A DNA stretch of 15,859 nucleotides from Pseudomonadota bacterium (GTDB lineage Bacteria > Bdellovibrionota_G > JALEGL01 > DATDPG01). Below the pieces are notes generated by a model that worked only from the letters and a program-made list of their open reading frames with translations, was not told the DNA's origin and did no database searches. The stretch spans positions 1 to 15,859 of the forward strand of contig JAZDIZ010000081.1 in assembly GCA_043804515.1 (NCBI GenBank). Reading direction: 5' to 3'. The position numbers were made by a program, and so were the translations under genes. Shown here piece after piece: positions 15,287 through 15,859 of the stretch. Numbering within the stretch: the first letter of the stretch is position 1; the number at the start of each line of letters is the position of its first letter.

Positions 15287-15769
15287 ATGGTGCGTCTCTT
15301 ATTGCCTGTTGCGGTCGCCGTCCTGATTCTCTTTTCGGTTCAAGCATTTGCAGGCCCAGGCAGCTACAGCCTCCGCGCGAAAGGGGGCCCGTCCTTCAAC
15401 CTTAAGGATTCCCGGACCCTGGCGCGAGTGGGCGGCGAGTTCGATTACGATTTCGGCTACTCGATCGGGTTCAATCTGATGGCGATGTTCGGGATCGGCA
15501 AGACCTTCCGGTTCGATCTGATCCCGTCCTTCCGGTACGACTATCTCTTTTTGGGTCCTGCATCGATGTACGTCCTGGGGGGCGTCGGCTACACGGTCTT
15601 CGACAAACAGAGCGGCCTCGGCATGCGTCTCGGGATCGGAATCACGATGCCGCTGGGGGACCGCTTCGAATTCAATACGGATGTGAACCTCTTCCTGGTC
15701 CCCGTCGGAACCCCCGGCACGCCGGTCAATCTGGACTGGCTGATGGGTTTCGGTGTTCACTTCGACTGA
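15287..15769 (+). CDS. Small outer-membrane beta-barrel protein (about 8 strands)
   Basis: Signal peptide (..SVQAFA|G), alternating hydrophobic/Gly/aromatic strands (YVLGGVGY, GMRLGIGI), and a near-terminal Phe (GFGVHFD). Confidence 0.7.
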   Translation: MVRLLLPVAVAVLILFSVQAFAGPGSYSLRAKGGPSFNLKDSRTLARVGGEFDYDFGYSIGFNLMAMFGIGKTFRFDLIPSFRYDYLFLGPASMYVLGGVGYTVFDKQSGLGMRLGIGITMPLGDRFEFNTDVNLFLVPVGTPGTPVNLDWLMGFGVHFD

Positions 15770-15859
15770 CACGCTCGATCGTAGTTCCGCTTAGTGGGTC
15801 CGGGCACGGGTCGCCGCGCACAATACGCCGGCATCCGGCATGTGTTCGGGCCGGCGGCT

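Noticed and set aside
15791..15859. Possible 3' end of a convergent minus-strand gene (SRRPEHMPDAGVLCAATRARTH*)
   Set aside because: Only 22 codons are visible and there is no motif to support it.

Overview
High-GC bacterial chromosome segment, Deltaproteobacteria/Myxococcota/Bdellovibrionota-like by inference from gene order, sigma54 promoters and Cys-containing C-terminal anchors. The left half is housekeeping: HIT hydrolase <- sppA <- rpsA, divergent rpsT, then holA <- leuS. The right end has metG, an unannotated 52-aa sigma54-driven ORF and a small outer-membrane beta-barrel gene. Between the divergent leuS and metG lies a 5.8-kb accessory zone with three main features. (i) Two copies of one palindromic MITE-like element, each with its own 4-bp target duplication, sit a few nt upstream of leuS and of metG. 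The metG copy is the leuS copy plus three ~65-70-nt hairpin modules that share a GAGCYGGYG(C)AG apical motif. (ii) A 1224-aa ORF looks like two complete surface proteins fused in frame (purple acid phosphatase + internal GGGC-TM-basic anchor + second signal peptide + beta-helix domain + second anchor), under a sigma54 promoter and bracketed by 91-bp inverted repeats. (iii) A DUF4412-like gene and several other REP- or IS200/IS605-like palindromes. No transposase or recombinase is visible in the window. All alignments and folds were done by eye.
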